NCBI RefSeq assembly: GCF_000392435.1
Contig: NC_021219.1
Span: 1-32,000 of the forward strand
Origin: Candidatus Saccharimonas aalborgensis
Lineage (GTDB): Bacteria; Patescibacteriota; Saccharimonadia; Saccharimonadales; Saccharimonadaceae
DNA length: 32,000 nucleotides
Reading direction: 5' to 3'
Positions 7,548-18,316 of this stretch are shown here, one piece after another. The number at the start of each line of letters is the position of its first letter. Position 1 is the stretch's first letter. A program made the translations under genes and the position numbers. The notes beneath the pieces are model-generated. The model ran no database searches, was not told the origin of the DNA, and saw only the letters and a program-made list of their open reading frames with translations.

Positions 7548-9635
7548 CTACTTCGATCGCTTCTCAATAATCTCTTGAGCAACGTTTGGTGGTACTTCCT
7601 CGTAGTGGGCAAGTTCCATTGTGCTAGCGGCACGACCCTGTGACATACTGCGGATGTCACCGGTATAACCAAACATATTTGCCAGCGGAACGATTGCTTT
7701 GACGAGTTTTGCTCCGCCCATGAGGTCCTCCATGGCTTCAATGCGACCACGACGGCTGTTGAGGTCACCGATGATATCACCCATGAACTCCTCAGGTGTG
7801 GTGACTTCGACATGCATCACAGGCTCGAGAATAATTGGGGTCGCTTGCTTGATACCGTCCCTTGCGGCAAGCGCACCAGCGAGCATAAAGGCCAATTCGC
7901 TCGAGTCAACATCGTGATAACTACCGTCGTAGAGTGTCGCCTTGACGTCGACGACAGGATAGCCAGCAATGACACCACTTTCGAGGGTCTCGCGGATACC
8001 TTTTTGGACAGCGGGTCGGTACTCCTGCGGAACGACACCGCCCTTGATCTCGTCGATAAACTCGAAGCCCTTTCCAGGCTCATTTGCTTCAAACTTAACC
8101 CATACATCACCATACTGTCCACGACCACCTGATTGCTTGGCATGCTTACCCTGGACTTGGCTAGTCCCCTTGATCGTCTCACGGAAGGCGACTTGCGGTT
8201 CACCGACATTTGCCTCGACGTTGAACTCACGTTTCATGCGGTCGATGAGGATCTCGAGATGAAGCTCACCCATGCCCGACATAATCGTCTGGCCTGTTTC
8301 GTCATCAGTGTGAATGCGGAAGGTTGGGTCTTCTTCGGCGAGGCGCTGCAAAGCGATACCCATTTTTTCCTGGTCGGCTTTGGTCTTTGGCTCGACGGCG
8401 ATACTGACAGGCGGCTCAGGAAATGTAATGGCCTCGAGTGCGATAGGATGAGCTGGATCACTTAGTGTGTGGCCGGTAAAGGTCGTCTTGAGGCCAACCA
8501 CGGCTGCGATATCACCTGCACCAATCTTATCGACATCCTCACGCTTGTCGGCATGCATACGGACGATACGGCCAACTCGCTCTTTTTCGCCAGAGGTGGT
8601 GTTGAGCACATAGCTTCCAGCCGTCAACACGCCAGAGTAGACACGAACGAAGATAAGTTTTCCGACAAATGGGTCAGTTGCGATCTTGAAGGCAAGAGCA
8701 GCCATTGGCTCTTTGTCGTCAGGCTTACGACTAATTTCATCACCTGTTTTGGGATTCTTTCCCCAAATTGCGTCAACATCGAGAGGACTTGGCAAGTAAT
8801 CAACCATGAGGTCGAGAACCTTCTCAACAATCACTCCGCGACCATCACCACCAGTGACAAGATAGAAGTCACCGGCCAGGACACGCTTGCGCAGCGCGCT
8901 CTTAAGCTCATCAACCGAGATTGCTTCCTCGCCATGCTCAAAGAACTTCTCCATAAGTGCATCGTCTGCCTCGACTGCGGCTTCCACGAGGAGACTACGA
9001 GCATTCTTTGCCTTTTCGTGCATATCTGCAGGAATCTCGCCCTGAACGAGCTCATGATCGGTAAAGTCGGTGTAGGTATACGCCTTCATATCGACAAGGT
9101 CGATGACGCCGTTGATGTCTTTTTCGAACCCAATTGGCAAGTGAATCGGCAGGGCATTCTTGCTGAGACGGCTATGGATAGACTCGAGCGACTTGTAGAA
9201 ATCACCACCGATCTGGTTGATCTTGTTGATGAAACAGATGCGGGGCACACCATACTTGTTTGCTTGACGCCAGACAGTTTCAGATTGCGCTTCCACGCCC
9301 ATTTTGCCATCAAACACCGTCACCGCGCCGTCCAGAACGCGAAGCGAACGCTCAACTTCAGCGGTAAAGTCAATGTGACCGGGAGTATCGATAATGTTGA
9401 TCTTGTGGCCCTTCCAGAAACAAGTCACGGCGGCAGAGGTAATGGTGATACCGCGCTCACGCTCCTGCTCCATCCAGTCAGTCGTCGTCTCACCATCGTG
9501 CACAGCACCGATCTTGTGGCTAAGACCAGTTCGATACAAAATCCCCTCTGTTGTCGTGGTTTTGCCGGCATCGATGTGTGCAATAATACCGATATTACGA
9601 AAGTCCTTGAGTGGGACGTTGGTTGGAGTTGCCAT
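7548..9635 (-). CDS. fusA: Translation elongation factor G
   Basis: [47 protein letters not shown], and standard domain IV/V motifs ([30 protein letters not shown]). Confidence 0.98.
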   Translation of the reverse strand: MATPTNVPLKDFRNIGIIAHIDAGKTTTTEGILYRTGLSHKIGAVHDGETTTDWMEQERERGITITSAAVTCFWKGHKINIIDTPGHIDFTAEVERSLRVLDGAVTVFDGKMGVEAQSETVWRQANKYGVPRICFINKINQIGGDFYKSLESIHSRLSKNALPIHLPIGFEKDINGVIDLVDMKAYTYTDFTDHELVQGEIPADMHEKAKNARSLLVEAAVEADDALMEKFFEHGEEAISVDELKSALRKRVLAGDFYLVTGGDGRGVIVEKVLDLMVDYLPSPLDVDAIWGKNPKTGDEISRKPDDKEPMAALAFKIATDPFVGKLIFVRVYSGVLTAGSYVLNTTSGEKERVGRIVRMHADKREDVDKIGAGDIAAVVGLKTTFTGHTLSDPAHPIALEAITFPEPPVSIAVEPKTKADQEKMGIALQRLAEEDPTFRIHTDDETGQTIMSGMGELHLEILIDRMKREFNVEANVGEPQVAFRETIKGTSQVQGKHAKQSGGRGQYGDVWVKFEANEPGKGFEFIDEIKGGVVPQEYRPAVQKGIRETLESGVIAGYPVVDVKATLYDGSYHDVDSSELAFMLAGALAARDGIKQATPIILEPVMHVEVTTPEEFMGDIIGDLNSRRGRIEAMEDLMGGAKLVKAIVPLANMFGYTGDIRSMSQGRAASTMELAHYEEVPPNVAQEIIEKRSK

Positions 9636-9754
9636 AGGGGTTCCTTGCTCTAAATGTGGAGCGACTTAACTAATAGTTTTTGCTGTTTTTTGCCATAACG
9701 AAACAGCACTTACTATCAACTATACCACAAGAAGCTCATCCTGGCTAGCGATCG

Positions 9755-10420
9755 CTACATATCTGTCGGAAGTAGTTTTTCGATACAGACACTGTCGGTA
9801 TTTTTGAGAATGAAAACTACTTCATCCAATTCTTCCCGAGACTGAGGCTCAAGTGCAGTATCGTATACACTGCTTTTGCCAACCAAAAATCCGCATGTTA
9901 GGCGAGCTTCACCAAGTTCGATCAAAACAGGACCTTTTATTGTACCGACGATCATTTTGCCCGAGGAGAGGGGTAAAACTGTGTCGATAGCATCTGACCG
10001 ACCAGGGGAAAGAGAGCAGACTGATACTCCATCACCTATTATTTTTACTTGATCGCCAGCACAGAGATGGAGCATGTCAGCAAATTCAATCGTTAGTATC
10101 TGTTTGATGGCTTCTCGATCAGAGAGAGATAACTGTCGCGGCGCCCCTTGTTGCCCAGCTGCAAGCAACGCTTCCAAAAGACTATGTACTGCGAGAACTT
10201 CACGCGTCACATCAAGAGTATACTGTTCAAGGGCAGCATCATAGCCGTCAACTTGTACCTCAATGGGTTCATGTCGAGCAATGTCTGCAAAGGCAATTTC
10301 CTCTCTACTGGCCGCCTCAAGTCTTGGGAGCAAGAATGGATCGTTCGCCAACTGCCAGCGTATTATGCCATCAAACCGTTGCTCATCATCTCCAGGACGC
10401 TCAGCCAAGACGCTCGGCAT
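9755..10420 (-). CDS. Hypothetical protein, 221 aa
   Basis: Long ORF closely followed upstream by 10436..12796 on the same strand (15-nt gap), suggesting an operon. Confidence 0.7.
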   Translation of the reverse strand: MPSVLAERPGDDEQRFDGIIRWQLANDPFLLPRLEAASREEIAFADIARHEPIEVQVDGYDAALEQYTLDVTREVLAVHSLLEALLAAGQQGAPRQLSLSDREAIKQILTIEFADMLHLCAGDQVKIIGDGVSVCSLSPGRSDAIDTVLPLSSGKMIVGTIKGPVLIELGEARLTCGFLVGKSSVYDTALEPQSREELDEVVFILKNTDSVCIEKLLPTDM

Positions 10421-10435
10421 CAGGCAATGCCTCCT

Positions 10436-12796
10436 CTAGATGAGTAGTTGTTCGATCTGGCTAAACGGGACATACCGCACCTGCTCTTTCTCACTTTCGG
10501 TAATAGAATAGACAACGAGGATAGGCTCGATGGTCTCAAGTGCTCGGTACCCATAGATGACGTCGACAACACCGCAGGCGTATCCCGTATCGTTTGGATC
10601 AGTGCTCTCGTCCATAGGCGCACGTCCCCCATCTGGCTCATAGACACCGCCCTTGATAACAAGTCCTCTATCGGGGGTGAGGAGATCACGCAACACACGT
10701 GCTACCACATGACCAACTCGTTCCATAGTTGCCACTTTTACAGGATCAGACTCATCTCTAGACAGTGCAAGATGACGACACATTTCTTTTAATTGATCGA
10801 GAGAGCTGAGTGCTTTTAGCTCATGGAGAACTTCTACTTGACAGAGTTCTGCTTGGACCTGTCGCAGCACCTCCTCTATCTCGGTATGATCGCTTAGCTC
10901 ACCATTACCCGCCCAGTTCGACAGTGCGTCCTCGCGATTCCGGATTACTTCTAGTTCAGGAATACGGAAGTAGACCGACTTGTCTAGAGATACTTGGATA
11001 TATTTACGCACGTCGACGACGGCGATTGGCATCATTGTGCTACCTTCGAGTGTCAGTTGTGTCCCGGCGTTTGCCTTGACATCACGAAGCAGCATACCAA
11101 CCCGAAAACTGTAGATGTCTTTCTCGTCATTTTCGCTACGGAAACATTTTACTTCCTCATAGATGCCGCATTGTGAGGTAGTAATATTCCCAGCGACAAG
11201 TTGTGTGCCTTTCATTACAATACTGAACTCATGTTCCCTTGAATCACCGATAATAGAGAGAGTTGACTGGGGCACTAAAACCCCTTCGCCAAATACTTCT
11301 ATCAGCACCTCGATGGTGTCATAAAACTTTCCAAACGCAGCAATCATAAGGTTGAGCTCACGCATGGTTGCCAAAAACTCATCTCGATCTGAAAACGTTT
11401 TTGCACTGAGTTCTCGACAGCGCTCAGCAAAAAGGTTCAGGGCATGTTCGGCTTTCTCGAGGGTTTCACGTTTTGTTTCTCCGAGAAGTTCCTGAGCCAT
11501 CGCCAAAACAACCCCCGGATCGATCGCCTCAGCGACTTCATCCTCCGCAGCCTGTTCGGCAGCGAATAGCTCGACGAGAGACTCTGTGTCTTGAAACGCT
11601 GATCCGTCAGCAGCTACCTCTGGCACTTCGTTTTCCCCATCTGCATGTTCGACGGCAGTATCGACGTGCCGAAATGGCAGTTTCGCTGGGTCTGGTCGTG
11701 TTGTCTGATAGTTAATAACGGCATCAGCTGTAAAAAAGTATGGTGTCCTGCCGCCATCACGTTCGGGCACGGCTTCTAACGCGTGAAATGCTGGTAGATA
11801 GGTTATCTCGGTATCATAATCACCTGTTCCTGCTTGTTCCCATAATCGCATGCCTTTAACGTAGAGAATTCGAGGTCGGGTGTCATAATGTGGCCGAACA
11901 ATCGGTTCCAGGTCAGCCAATTTTCCAACAATTTTCCCGCCAATCCAAAAGAAATATGGCTCAGTCCCATCAAAATCAAGTTGGCGAGTAAGATAGCGCT
12001 CAAGCATGTCAATGATACTTATCCTGGTATGGCCAGCACCGTTGACCTTTTGCCAGTCAATCGTAATGGCAAAATCATCAAGTGCTCGCATGATCGCCTT
12101 TTCACGATTCTTAGCATAGTTAATTCGTTCGATCATTGCGTCAATTTGTTTTTTTATATCAGGTAGCAGCTCAGTGATTTCTCGTTCTTCGGAGCGATCA
12201 GACATATGCGGTAATTGAATATTTTCGATATCACCAATCTGGAGAGTAAACCACGCTGTGTCTTCGGGGTAATCCTCCGCCTTGGAGAAATCAAGCACCA
12301 GGTGGCGATAGGTCCCAGGTAGAAGTCCGTCGATGCTCTCGAAACCCCTTATCTCAGTTGTTTGCTCATTAAATCCAATCAAATGGAGCGGAAAATGCGT
12401 AACCTTGTAGTGCTGACCCCTCAGATCAAGTTCAAGCTCAGGAAATACATCATCAAATAACTCTTCAACATCTTTTTCGGTATCTCTTAGGTAATCGGTC
12501 AAGAAGGTCGTATGACGAATCCGACCGGTGACCATAACTGTCGCCTGTTGATAGCCTAGCTCACGAAGCTCAACATTGAGATCAACGAGAAGTCGTTGAA
12601 TCTCTTCCTCGGTCACATCGCCTCTGTTGATTTGAAGCTCAACCTGCTCGGCTTTTTTTAGCAAGGCCGCGAACCCTGCATCGAACTGTTCCCTTACATC
12701 GGGAGAGGTTTGCCACTCAGAGGCCACGATGGCGTCAAAAACTTCTGATTTCTTTTGGCTATCATCATCAGAAGGTGGCATTTCCATCACTGTCAT
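10436..12796 (-). CDS. Large soluble hypothetical protein, 786 aa, mainly acidic/helical
   Basis: Single 2.36 kb ORF; no recognised family motifs. Confidence 0.85.
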   Translation of the reverse strand: MTVMEMPPSDDDSQKKSEVFDAIVASEWQTSPDVREQFDAGFAALLKKAEQVELQINRGDVTEEEIQRLLVDLNVELRELGYQQATVMVTGRIRHTTFLTDYLRDTEKDVEELFDDVFPELELDLRGQHYKVTHFPLHLIGFNEQTTEIRGFESIDGLLPGTYRHLVLDFSKAEDYPEDTAWFTLQIGDIENIQLPHMSDRSEEREITELLPDIKKQIDAMIERINYAKNREKAIMRALDDFAITIDWQKVNGAGHTRISIIDMLERYLTRQLDFDGTEPYFFWIGGKIVGKLADLEPIVRPHYDTRPRILYVKGMRLWEQAGTGDYDTEITYLPAFHALEAVPERDGGRTPYFFTADAVINYQTTRPDPAKLPFRHVDTAVEHADGENEVPEVAADGSAFQDTESLVELFAAEQAAEDEVAEAIDPGVVLAMAQELLGETKRETLEKAEHALNLFAERCRELSAKTFSDRDEFLATMRELNLMIAAFGKFYDTIEVLIEVFGEGVLVPQSTLSIIGDSREHEFSIVMKGTQLVAGNITTSQCGIYEEVKCFRSENDEKDIYSFRVGMLLRDVKANAGTQLTLEGSTMMPIAVVDVRKYIQVSLDKSVYFRIPELEVIRNREDALSNWAGNGELSDHTEIEEVLRQVQAELCQVEVLHELKALSSLDQLKEMCRHLALSRDESDPVKVATMERVGHVVARVLRDLLTPDRGLVIKGGVYEPDGGRAPMDESTDPNDTGYACGVVDVIYGYRALETIEPILVVYSITESEKEQVRYVPFSQIEQLLI

Positions 12797-12844
12797 ATGC
12801 CCTAGTAAATAGAGGAACCACCTCTATTGCAAGCATAGCCGCTA

Positions 12845-13804
12845 TCATGTTGGCTTGAGTAAGTCATAGAGAAGCTCTCGTGATGACCGAAGCTGCACGA
12901 CAGCGCTCGCCGGTACTTCCCTATGAATATCATCTCCTGTCTCAGGCAGAAACGTTACTTCGATGAAAGGTACGGCGATATGATGCGCTTTGTCCAGATC
13001 ATCCGAGCCCGGGAGAACACTCATACGGATTGATTTGTAGCGGAAAAAGCCGACAAATGGCCCTTTGGTTTGTCCAGGATGGACAGGCTCGCTCTGTTGT
13101 AAATAGTCACCCGAAAATGCCATAAGGTACGGAAAATCTCTATTGCCAATCGTCCGTTGGTTGATGACCTCCTGGATGTCTTGAAGACGCTGCATGCTTG
13201 CTTCGTCGGTCGGGACAAACTCGATAGCATAGCTCGCTAGCGCCGGTAGAATGGTTTCGAGCGATCCAGCTTCTGGCAGGTGCTGCTCAAGTCTCGCTAG
13301 CTCATTTGGGTGAAAATAACGTAGCCGACGTTCACCGCCATCAGGGTCAAAGCGAGAAAAATCATATTTGAGGCTGCCGATAACTGATTCACCTCTCGCA
13401 ATAGAGCTCGTCGAACCGGGCACGCTAAAGATATGCACGATCTGTCTGCCTGGCAAAGCGGTGATTTCCTCAGTGTTTGGCTGAACATCATCAATGGCAA
13501 ACCCCAGGCTAACGACAGGCATAGAATCAAACATGCGTATTTCGACATGCCCAACGTGCGGATTCATAAACCATGCCGATCCAGTTGCCGGCAACAAAGC
13601 ACCGTAAATACCGATGGCTCGCCATTCGTCATCAAGTTCAGCTATGAGTGAAGTTAGCTCTTCCTCTGAAAAGCACTGTCGATCGGCTCGCAGCATGGTA
13701 TTGAAATCGCGTATATGACCATACAGCTCGTGTACTTTTTTTGGCAACATAACAGCTTCGAGCGATTCAATTGGATCAATATTTCTTCGTTGCACCTCTG
13801 CCAT
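12845..13804 (-). CDS. Hypothetical protein (~320 aa; the track ORF extends to 13936)
   Basis: ORF 12845..13936. A start at MAEVQRRNIDPIE (13804) would leave a divergent intergenic space before the plus-strand gene at 13903; the start is uncertain. Confidence 0.7.
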   Translation of the reverse strand: MAEVQRRNIDPIESLEAVMLPKKVHELYGHIRDFNTMLRADRQCFSEEELTSLIAELDDEWRAIGIYGALLPATGSAWFMNPHVGHVEIRMFDSMPVVSLGFAIDDVQPNTEEITALPGRQIVHIFSVPGSTSSIARGESVIGSLKYDFSRFDPDGGERRLRYFHPNELARLEQHLPEAGSLETILPALASYAIEFVPTDEASMQRLQDIQEVINQRTIGNRDFPYLMAFSGDYLQQSEPVHPGQTKGPFVGFFRYKSIRMSVLPGSDDLDKAHHIAVPFIEVTFLPETGDDIHREVPASAVVQLRSSRELLYDLLKPT

Positions 13805-13902
13805 AGTATCTGTATTAAATCTTGTAAGGATCCTCAGAGCAAGCGTAAACAGTTCGCTAATAGCGATAGAGTATCCTATAATGATCAGCATGGAGTAATC
13901 CC

Positions 13903-15009
13903 ATGAGTACCAATGTAGAGTCAAAACCGACATCATGGATTGATCGCCTCAGAGGACGTAAGTTCATGAGGAAAATTGGTGCGGGGGCCATGGCTGTCCA
14001 GGCTATCACCGGCATTACATCAGAGATGGGATTTTCGTTGATGCCAAGCGCGGTCTATTCTTACGCCGAGACCGATGAGGCTAAGACCTACACCCCAAAC
14101 ACTTTCTGTATCTTCCTCCCCGGGAGAGGAATTACTCGACTGGCGCGCGACTTTGCGGATGCCTATCAGCCTACAACCAGACAGTATTGTCGGAGCACCG
14201 TCTTGGAATATAGCGAGGGAGGGATAAGTGAAAAAGAGCTTGAGCATAGCATCCGGCGATATGTCAACGACCACGCCATACCAGACAGACCTATTCAGCT
14301 CGTGGTAATTGCATCAAGTATGGGCGGTAACGTGGCAGTTCCGGTTTTTGGTGCTATCGCTAGAGATACCGAAAATACCTCCCAGCCAATTTCTACTCGT
14401 GGACTGCTTCTCGATTCTTCACCGGCCGGAACAATTAGCCTCAAAGGTCCGATCCAAGGATTTGCCGTCGGTACAATGTCAGGACTTCAAGGAAAACCTG
14501 TTCATGGTATTTTTGAACCGCCGCTGCGCGTTGGATTTGAGTTTGCATCAAGGGCTGTCAATCATGATTTTCCCGAATCGGCTTCCACCGTTTTTTCCTA
14601 TCTAGAGGATGGCGTCCGAGTTGCAAATGAAACACGGGGTCGGCTTGATATGGATGAAATGAATATTATTAATAACTTCGATCCAGATAAGCAAGACTAT
14701 GGGTTTCTCAAAAAAGCCAATGCAGTAATTGTTTACACTCATGCCGATACGGAAGCGGCGGATGTAACTGTACAGTGGTCGGTGGCAAGTTGGCTATGGA
14801 AAACTGCACTCGCTCGTCAACAAATTAGTATGGGCGAAATAGCCATCAAAGACGGTAGACATGCAAATCCAAACACTGCACCAGACCCATACAACCAAGC
14901 GTTACTCTCACTTCTAAAACAAACAGGTCTACCGAGTATCGCCGATCTGCGACGCGAGGAGTTCTACGACCACTTTGATCGAGTTGGAAACGATAGATTG
15001 CCTAGTTAG
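13903..15009 (+). CDS. Exported protein with alpha/beta-hydrolase-like features, unknown function
   Basis: Hydrophobic N-terminal segment (GAMAVQAITGITSEMGFSLMPSAVYSYAE). FCIFLPGRGITRLARDFADAY and IQLVVIASSMGGNVAVPVFG resemble a lipase-like nucleophile elbow, though with SxMGG rather than GxSxG. Confidence 0.65.
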   Translation: MSTNVESKPTSWIDRLRGRKFMRKIGAGAMAVQAITGITSEMGFSLMPSAVYSYAETDEAKTYTPNTFCIFLPGRGITRLARDFADAYQPTTRQYCRSTVLEYSEGGISEKELEHSIRRYVNDHAIPDRPIQLVVIASSMGGNVAVPVFGAIARDTENTSQPISTRGLLLDSSPAGTISLKGPIQGFAVGTMSGLQGKPVHGIFEPPLRVGFEFASRAVNHDFPESASTVFSYLEDGVRVANETRGRLDMDEMNIINNFDPDKQDYGFLKKANAVIVYTHADTEAADVTVQWSVASWLWKTALARQQISMGEIAIKDGRHANPNTAPDPYNQALLSLLKQTGLPSIADLRREEFYDHFDRVGNDRLPS

Positions 15010-15014
15010 GGGGG

Positions 15015-17309
15015 TTAACTGTGCTGATCAGGTGTCTGCTGGCTGCTACCAGGACGAACGTCAGTAGTCATTGGCGCCGGAAATCCGCTACCCGCGGCGA
15101 GCGGCTGTGGTGATCTTCGGGCGTGAACAAACACAAGGAGTGCACCTGCGATTACCATAATGAGTGCAAACAGCGATGCAACGATGACGAGAATAATCAT
15201 AAGCGGTGATGAGAGATTGAAGGCAGATGCCCCAGACTCATCACTTGTTTGTGACTTTGCTCCCTCAGCAAACTTATTGATAAAGTAGTTATCATTATAT
15301 TTTGCCTGTAGTGTAGAGAACGTTTTTGAGGCTTCAGAATACCGGCCAGCCCCAAATTGGTCAAGACCCTGTTGCCAGAGTGAAGCGACCGAACCATCCG
15401 TTTTGAGGGAAATATTGTTTTTTGAGAGCAAGTTACGCAAATCGTTTGCGTCACGCACATACCCGTTTGTAAAACATGTCTCACCATTACGGCTACATCC
15501 TTGGATCGTAGCACCGTATGTGTTCAGCCCAACTTGCACACCCTTTTTGTTGAACGCCGGACCACCGCTATTTCCTGATGCAATACGTGCAGAGGTGATG
15601 AGAAGTGTATGACCACCGGCGTCGCCGTTTTGCTTTATCTCTAGTACCTCTCCCTGTGTAATACTTGGGTAGGTTTTGACACTTTTTGTGCCGAGACCAT
15701 CATCAACAAATGCGGGATATCCTATAGCAGTAACTTCTTCGCCTTGCCCAATATCTGAGGCTGTTCCCAGTGATACTACCGGAAAATCACCCTCAGCCTT
15801 GATAATTGCGACATCCGAATGTGATGATGACGCATTAAATGTCATGGAAGATTCATCAAAATCATAATCTACAAGACTAGCTTTAATACGAGTTTTGTCG
15901 TATGTCCAACTAGAGCTATCAATATTAAATTTCAGAGGAGTATCTGATGTTTGGACGACAATATGCCGCTCAGTATTGGTTCGCAAGACGCCAGTTAGCG
16001 GCGTTCTAGAGCCGATTAAGATAAGCGCTTGTCTTGCCTGTTTGTCACCGGCTTTTGCTTTGGCCATAGTATCATTGATCTGATCCTGAGTAGCATAGCC
16101 CGCCTGGACTGCATACTTGAAATAGTTATTGAGCACCGACGGATCGTCTATATAGGAGAGCCCGTAGAGCAGAACATCAAGCTGGACAGTATAAACAACA
16201 TGACCGTTGGTAGCAATATACCCGTCGCTTGAGATAAATGACCCGCTGCCAATTACCGGAATACCACAGAGATGTTTCACTGAAAAACTTGCTCCGTTGT
16301 CAGCACGTAAGGTCAAGTCGGTACACGAGAAAACACCGATCCGTACCGTGGCAGGTTGGTTGTGGGCGACAACTGGAACGAATGTTTGACTGTTGAGCAC
16401 ATCGGGTACATTTGCCGTGTCTGATGCTGCATTCTTTGTGGGATTCACCGTGTCTGTCGAAGCAAGATCAAACGAAGTAGCCACCATTGTCGATATACCC
16501 GCAGAAACAACTGAACTTTCTGCATAGGCAGAATCAAGCGGCTTTGAGTAGGAGACACTTGCAATCACCTTCATATAGCTTTGATATTCGTCAAGCGTCT
16601 GATCGACAAAGCTGTCGGTAAACGATATCCAGTAGGGGCGATCGTTTTGAACTGTCATAAGATAGTACGAATAACTTGAAGTTGTACTACCAAGGAGATC
16701 GTACGTATGCACGGCAAGAATCTCTCTATAGTCCACCGATCCGATCTTTATTATTTTGTCACTCTGTACTGTGTCGCCATTCTTTGCGATCGTCTCTTTT
16801 TGGCGTGCCACAAGTAATTCAATCGGAGAGAGAGCCTGGTATTTCTGTTCTAATTTACTTTTGTCGAAGTAATTCTGATGATGATTTGTGAATAATCGCA
16901 TCCCTGGATGTGAAATATAGTCATATTCACCCTTTGGGCTAGTGGCAGCAATAGGATCAATCGTTATCATCACATAGGCACGACGGGTATCGAGATCTGT
17001 TCCGTCGTATTCTTCTCCCGTCACCATACCAGGCTTCTGAACTTTATCCAATACTTGACCGTGAGCGATATGCGTTTGGGAATTGTACGTGATGGCCATA
17101 CCCAAATCAGAACGAATAGTTTTATCATACTTCTCAGCAATCGTATCCTGAACGATAGCTTTTATCTTTGTTTGTGCAGATGGATTAATGTAATTTGTAA
17201 TATTTTTCCCGTAAGTAAACAACAACCCGATGCAAGCGACGAGCAGGATGCTGCTTACAAGCAAAATAATACTCAGGTGTTTCTTGTGTCGATGTTCGAG
17301 CCGTGGCAT
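15015..17309 (-). CDS. Membrane-anchored trypsin-like serine protease with N- and C-terminal TM segments
   Basis: Catalytic triad context: GSGSFISSDGYIATNGHVV (His), HSDVAIIKAEG (Asp), ITSARIASGNSGGPAFNKKGVQVG (Ser). TM near the N-terminus and at PLMIILVIVASLFALIMVIAGALLVFVHARR. Confidence 0.85.
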   Translation of the reverse strand: MPRLEHRHKKHLSIILLVSSILLVACIGLLFTYGKNITNYINPSAQTKIKAIVQDTIAEKYDKTIRSDLGMAITYNSQTHIAHGQVLDKVQKPGMVTGEEYDGTDLDTRRAYVMITIDPIAATSPKGEYDYISHPGMRLFTNHHQNYFDKSKLEQKYQALSPIELLVARQKETIAKNGDTVQSDKIIKIGSVDYREILAVHTYDLLGSTTSSYSYYLMTVQNDRPYWISFTDSFVDQTLDEYQSYMKVIASVSYSKPLDSAYAESSVVSAGISTMVATSFDLASTDTVNPTKNAASDTANVPDVLNSQTFVPVVAHNQPATVRIGVFSCTDLTLRADNGASFSVKHLCGIPVIGSGSFISSDGYIATNGHVVYTVQLDVLLYGLSYIDDPSVLNNYFKYAVQAGYATQDQINDTMAKAKAGDKQARQALILIGSRTPLTGVLRTNTERHIVVQTSDTPLKFNIDSSSWTYDKTRIKASLVDYDFDESSMTFNASSSHSDVAIIKAEGDFPVVSLGTASDIGQGEEVTAIGYPAFVDDGLGTKSVKTYPSITQGEVLEIKQNGDAGGHTLLITSARIASGNSGGPAFNKKGVQVGLNTYGATIQGCSRNGETCFTNGYVRDANDLRNLLSKNNISLKTDGSVASLWQQGLDQFGAGRYSEASKTFSTLQAKYNDNYFINKFAEGAKSQTSDESGASAFNLSSPLMIILVIVASLFALIMVIAGALLVFVHARRSPQPLAAGSGFPAPMTTDVRPGSSQQTPDQHS

Positions 17310-17357
17310 ATATCCTCTTTTTTATTCCAGTTATGCTCATAGTAACATTAATATTTA

Positions 17358-17398
17358 AAAATAAATACACTCCCGAGTAGTGGAAGTGTATTTATTTT
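17358..17398 (-). terminator. Terminator downstream of rpsL-rpsG
   Basis: Perfect 14-bp inverted repeat AAAATAAATACACT / AGTGTATTTATTTT with a 13-nt loop, just past the rpsG stop. Confidence 0.7.
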
Positions 17399-17420
17399 GT
17401 GGTAGTTTCAGACTACTACA

Positions 17421-17900
17421 TTAGGTACGAGCAAAGTGAGCAAACGCTCGGTTTGCTTCAGCCATCTTGTGCGTATCTTCTTTTTTCTTGTAGGCAGCAC
17501 CAGTTTCGTTGTAGGCATCGACAATTTCAAGCGCCAGACGTTTTTCATATGGCATACCATTTCGGGCACGTGCACTCTGTACGAGCCACGTGAAGGCATA
17601 GTGAAGTTGACGATGACCTTGGACGGGAAATGGAATTTGGTAGTTCGCACCACCGACACGACGGCTCTTAACTTCAAAGTTTGGCGAAATGTTTTTGAGT
17701 GCTCGCTCGAACACTTCAAGCGGTTCCTCGCTTTTGAGTGTTTTTGCCGCCTGCTCGAGCGCAGTATAGACCATGCGCTCTGAACCCAGCTTTTTTCCAT
17801 CGAGCATTGATTTGTTGATAAGGCGCTGCACAAGTACACTCTGGTATTTGCGGTCAGGCTTAATCGTGCGTTGTAATTTCTTGGTTACTTTACGAGGCAT
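17421..17900 (-). CDS. rpsG: 30S ribosomal protein S7
   Basis: MPRKVTKKLQRTIKPDRKYQSVLVQRLINKSMLDGKK...RRVGGANYQIPFPV...RNGMPYEKRLALEIVDAYN. Confidence 0.97.
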   Translation of the reverse strand: MPRKVTKKLQRTIKPDRKYQSVLVQRLINKSMLDGKKLGSERMVYTALEQAAKTLKSEEPLEVFERALKNISPNFEVKSRRVGGANYQIPFPVQGHRQLHYAFTWLVQSARARNGMPYEKRLALEIVDAYNETGAAYKKKEDTHKMAEANRAFAHFART

Positions 17901-17902
17901 GA

Positions 17903-18316
17903 CTACTTCCCTTCCTTCTTGGTACCGTACTTGCTACGGCCCTGTTTGCGCTTTGATACGCCCTGGAGATCGAGTGCACCGCGCACGATGTGATAGCGCA
18001 CACCCGGCAGGTCAGGTACGCGGCCACCACGAACCAGGACCACGGCGTGCTCCTGTAGGTTGTGGCCTTCACCACCGATGTAAGCCCAAACTTCATGACC
18101 ATTCGTCAGACGAACACGAGCAACCTTCCGGAGGGCTGAGTTAGGTTTCTTTGGGGTTTTTGTTGTCACCTTGACACAAACACCACGCTTGAGTGGCGCA
18201 TCTTGGTCATAGTAACGAACCTTGAGCGCGTTATGAATACGTCCCAGTGCTGGAGACTTTGACTTCTTACCAGCGACCGAGCGCGGTTTGCGCACCAATT
18301 GATTGATAGTTGGCAT
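17903..18316 (-). CDS. rpsL: 30S ribosomal protein S12
   Basis: [12 protein letters not shown]...[20 protein letters not shown]...[35 protein letters not shown]...[11 protein letters not shown]. Confidence 0.98.
   Translation of the reverse strand: MPTINQLVRKPRSVAGKKSKSPALGRIHNALKVRYYDQDAPLKRGVCVKVTTKTPKKPNSALRKVARVRLTNGHEVWAYIGGEGHNLQEHAVVLVRGGRVPDLPGVRYHIVRGALDLQGVSKRKQGRSKYGTKKEGK

Noticed and set aside
8469-9653. 394 aa plus-strand ORF
   Set aside because: It lies entirely antisense to the well-supported fusA gene and shows no family motifs; a typical shadow ORF.
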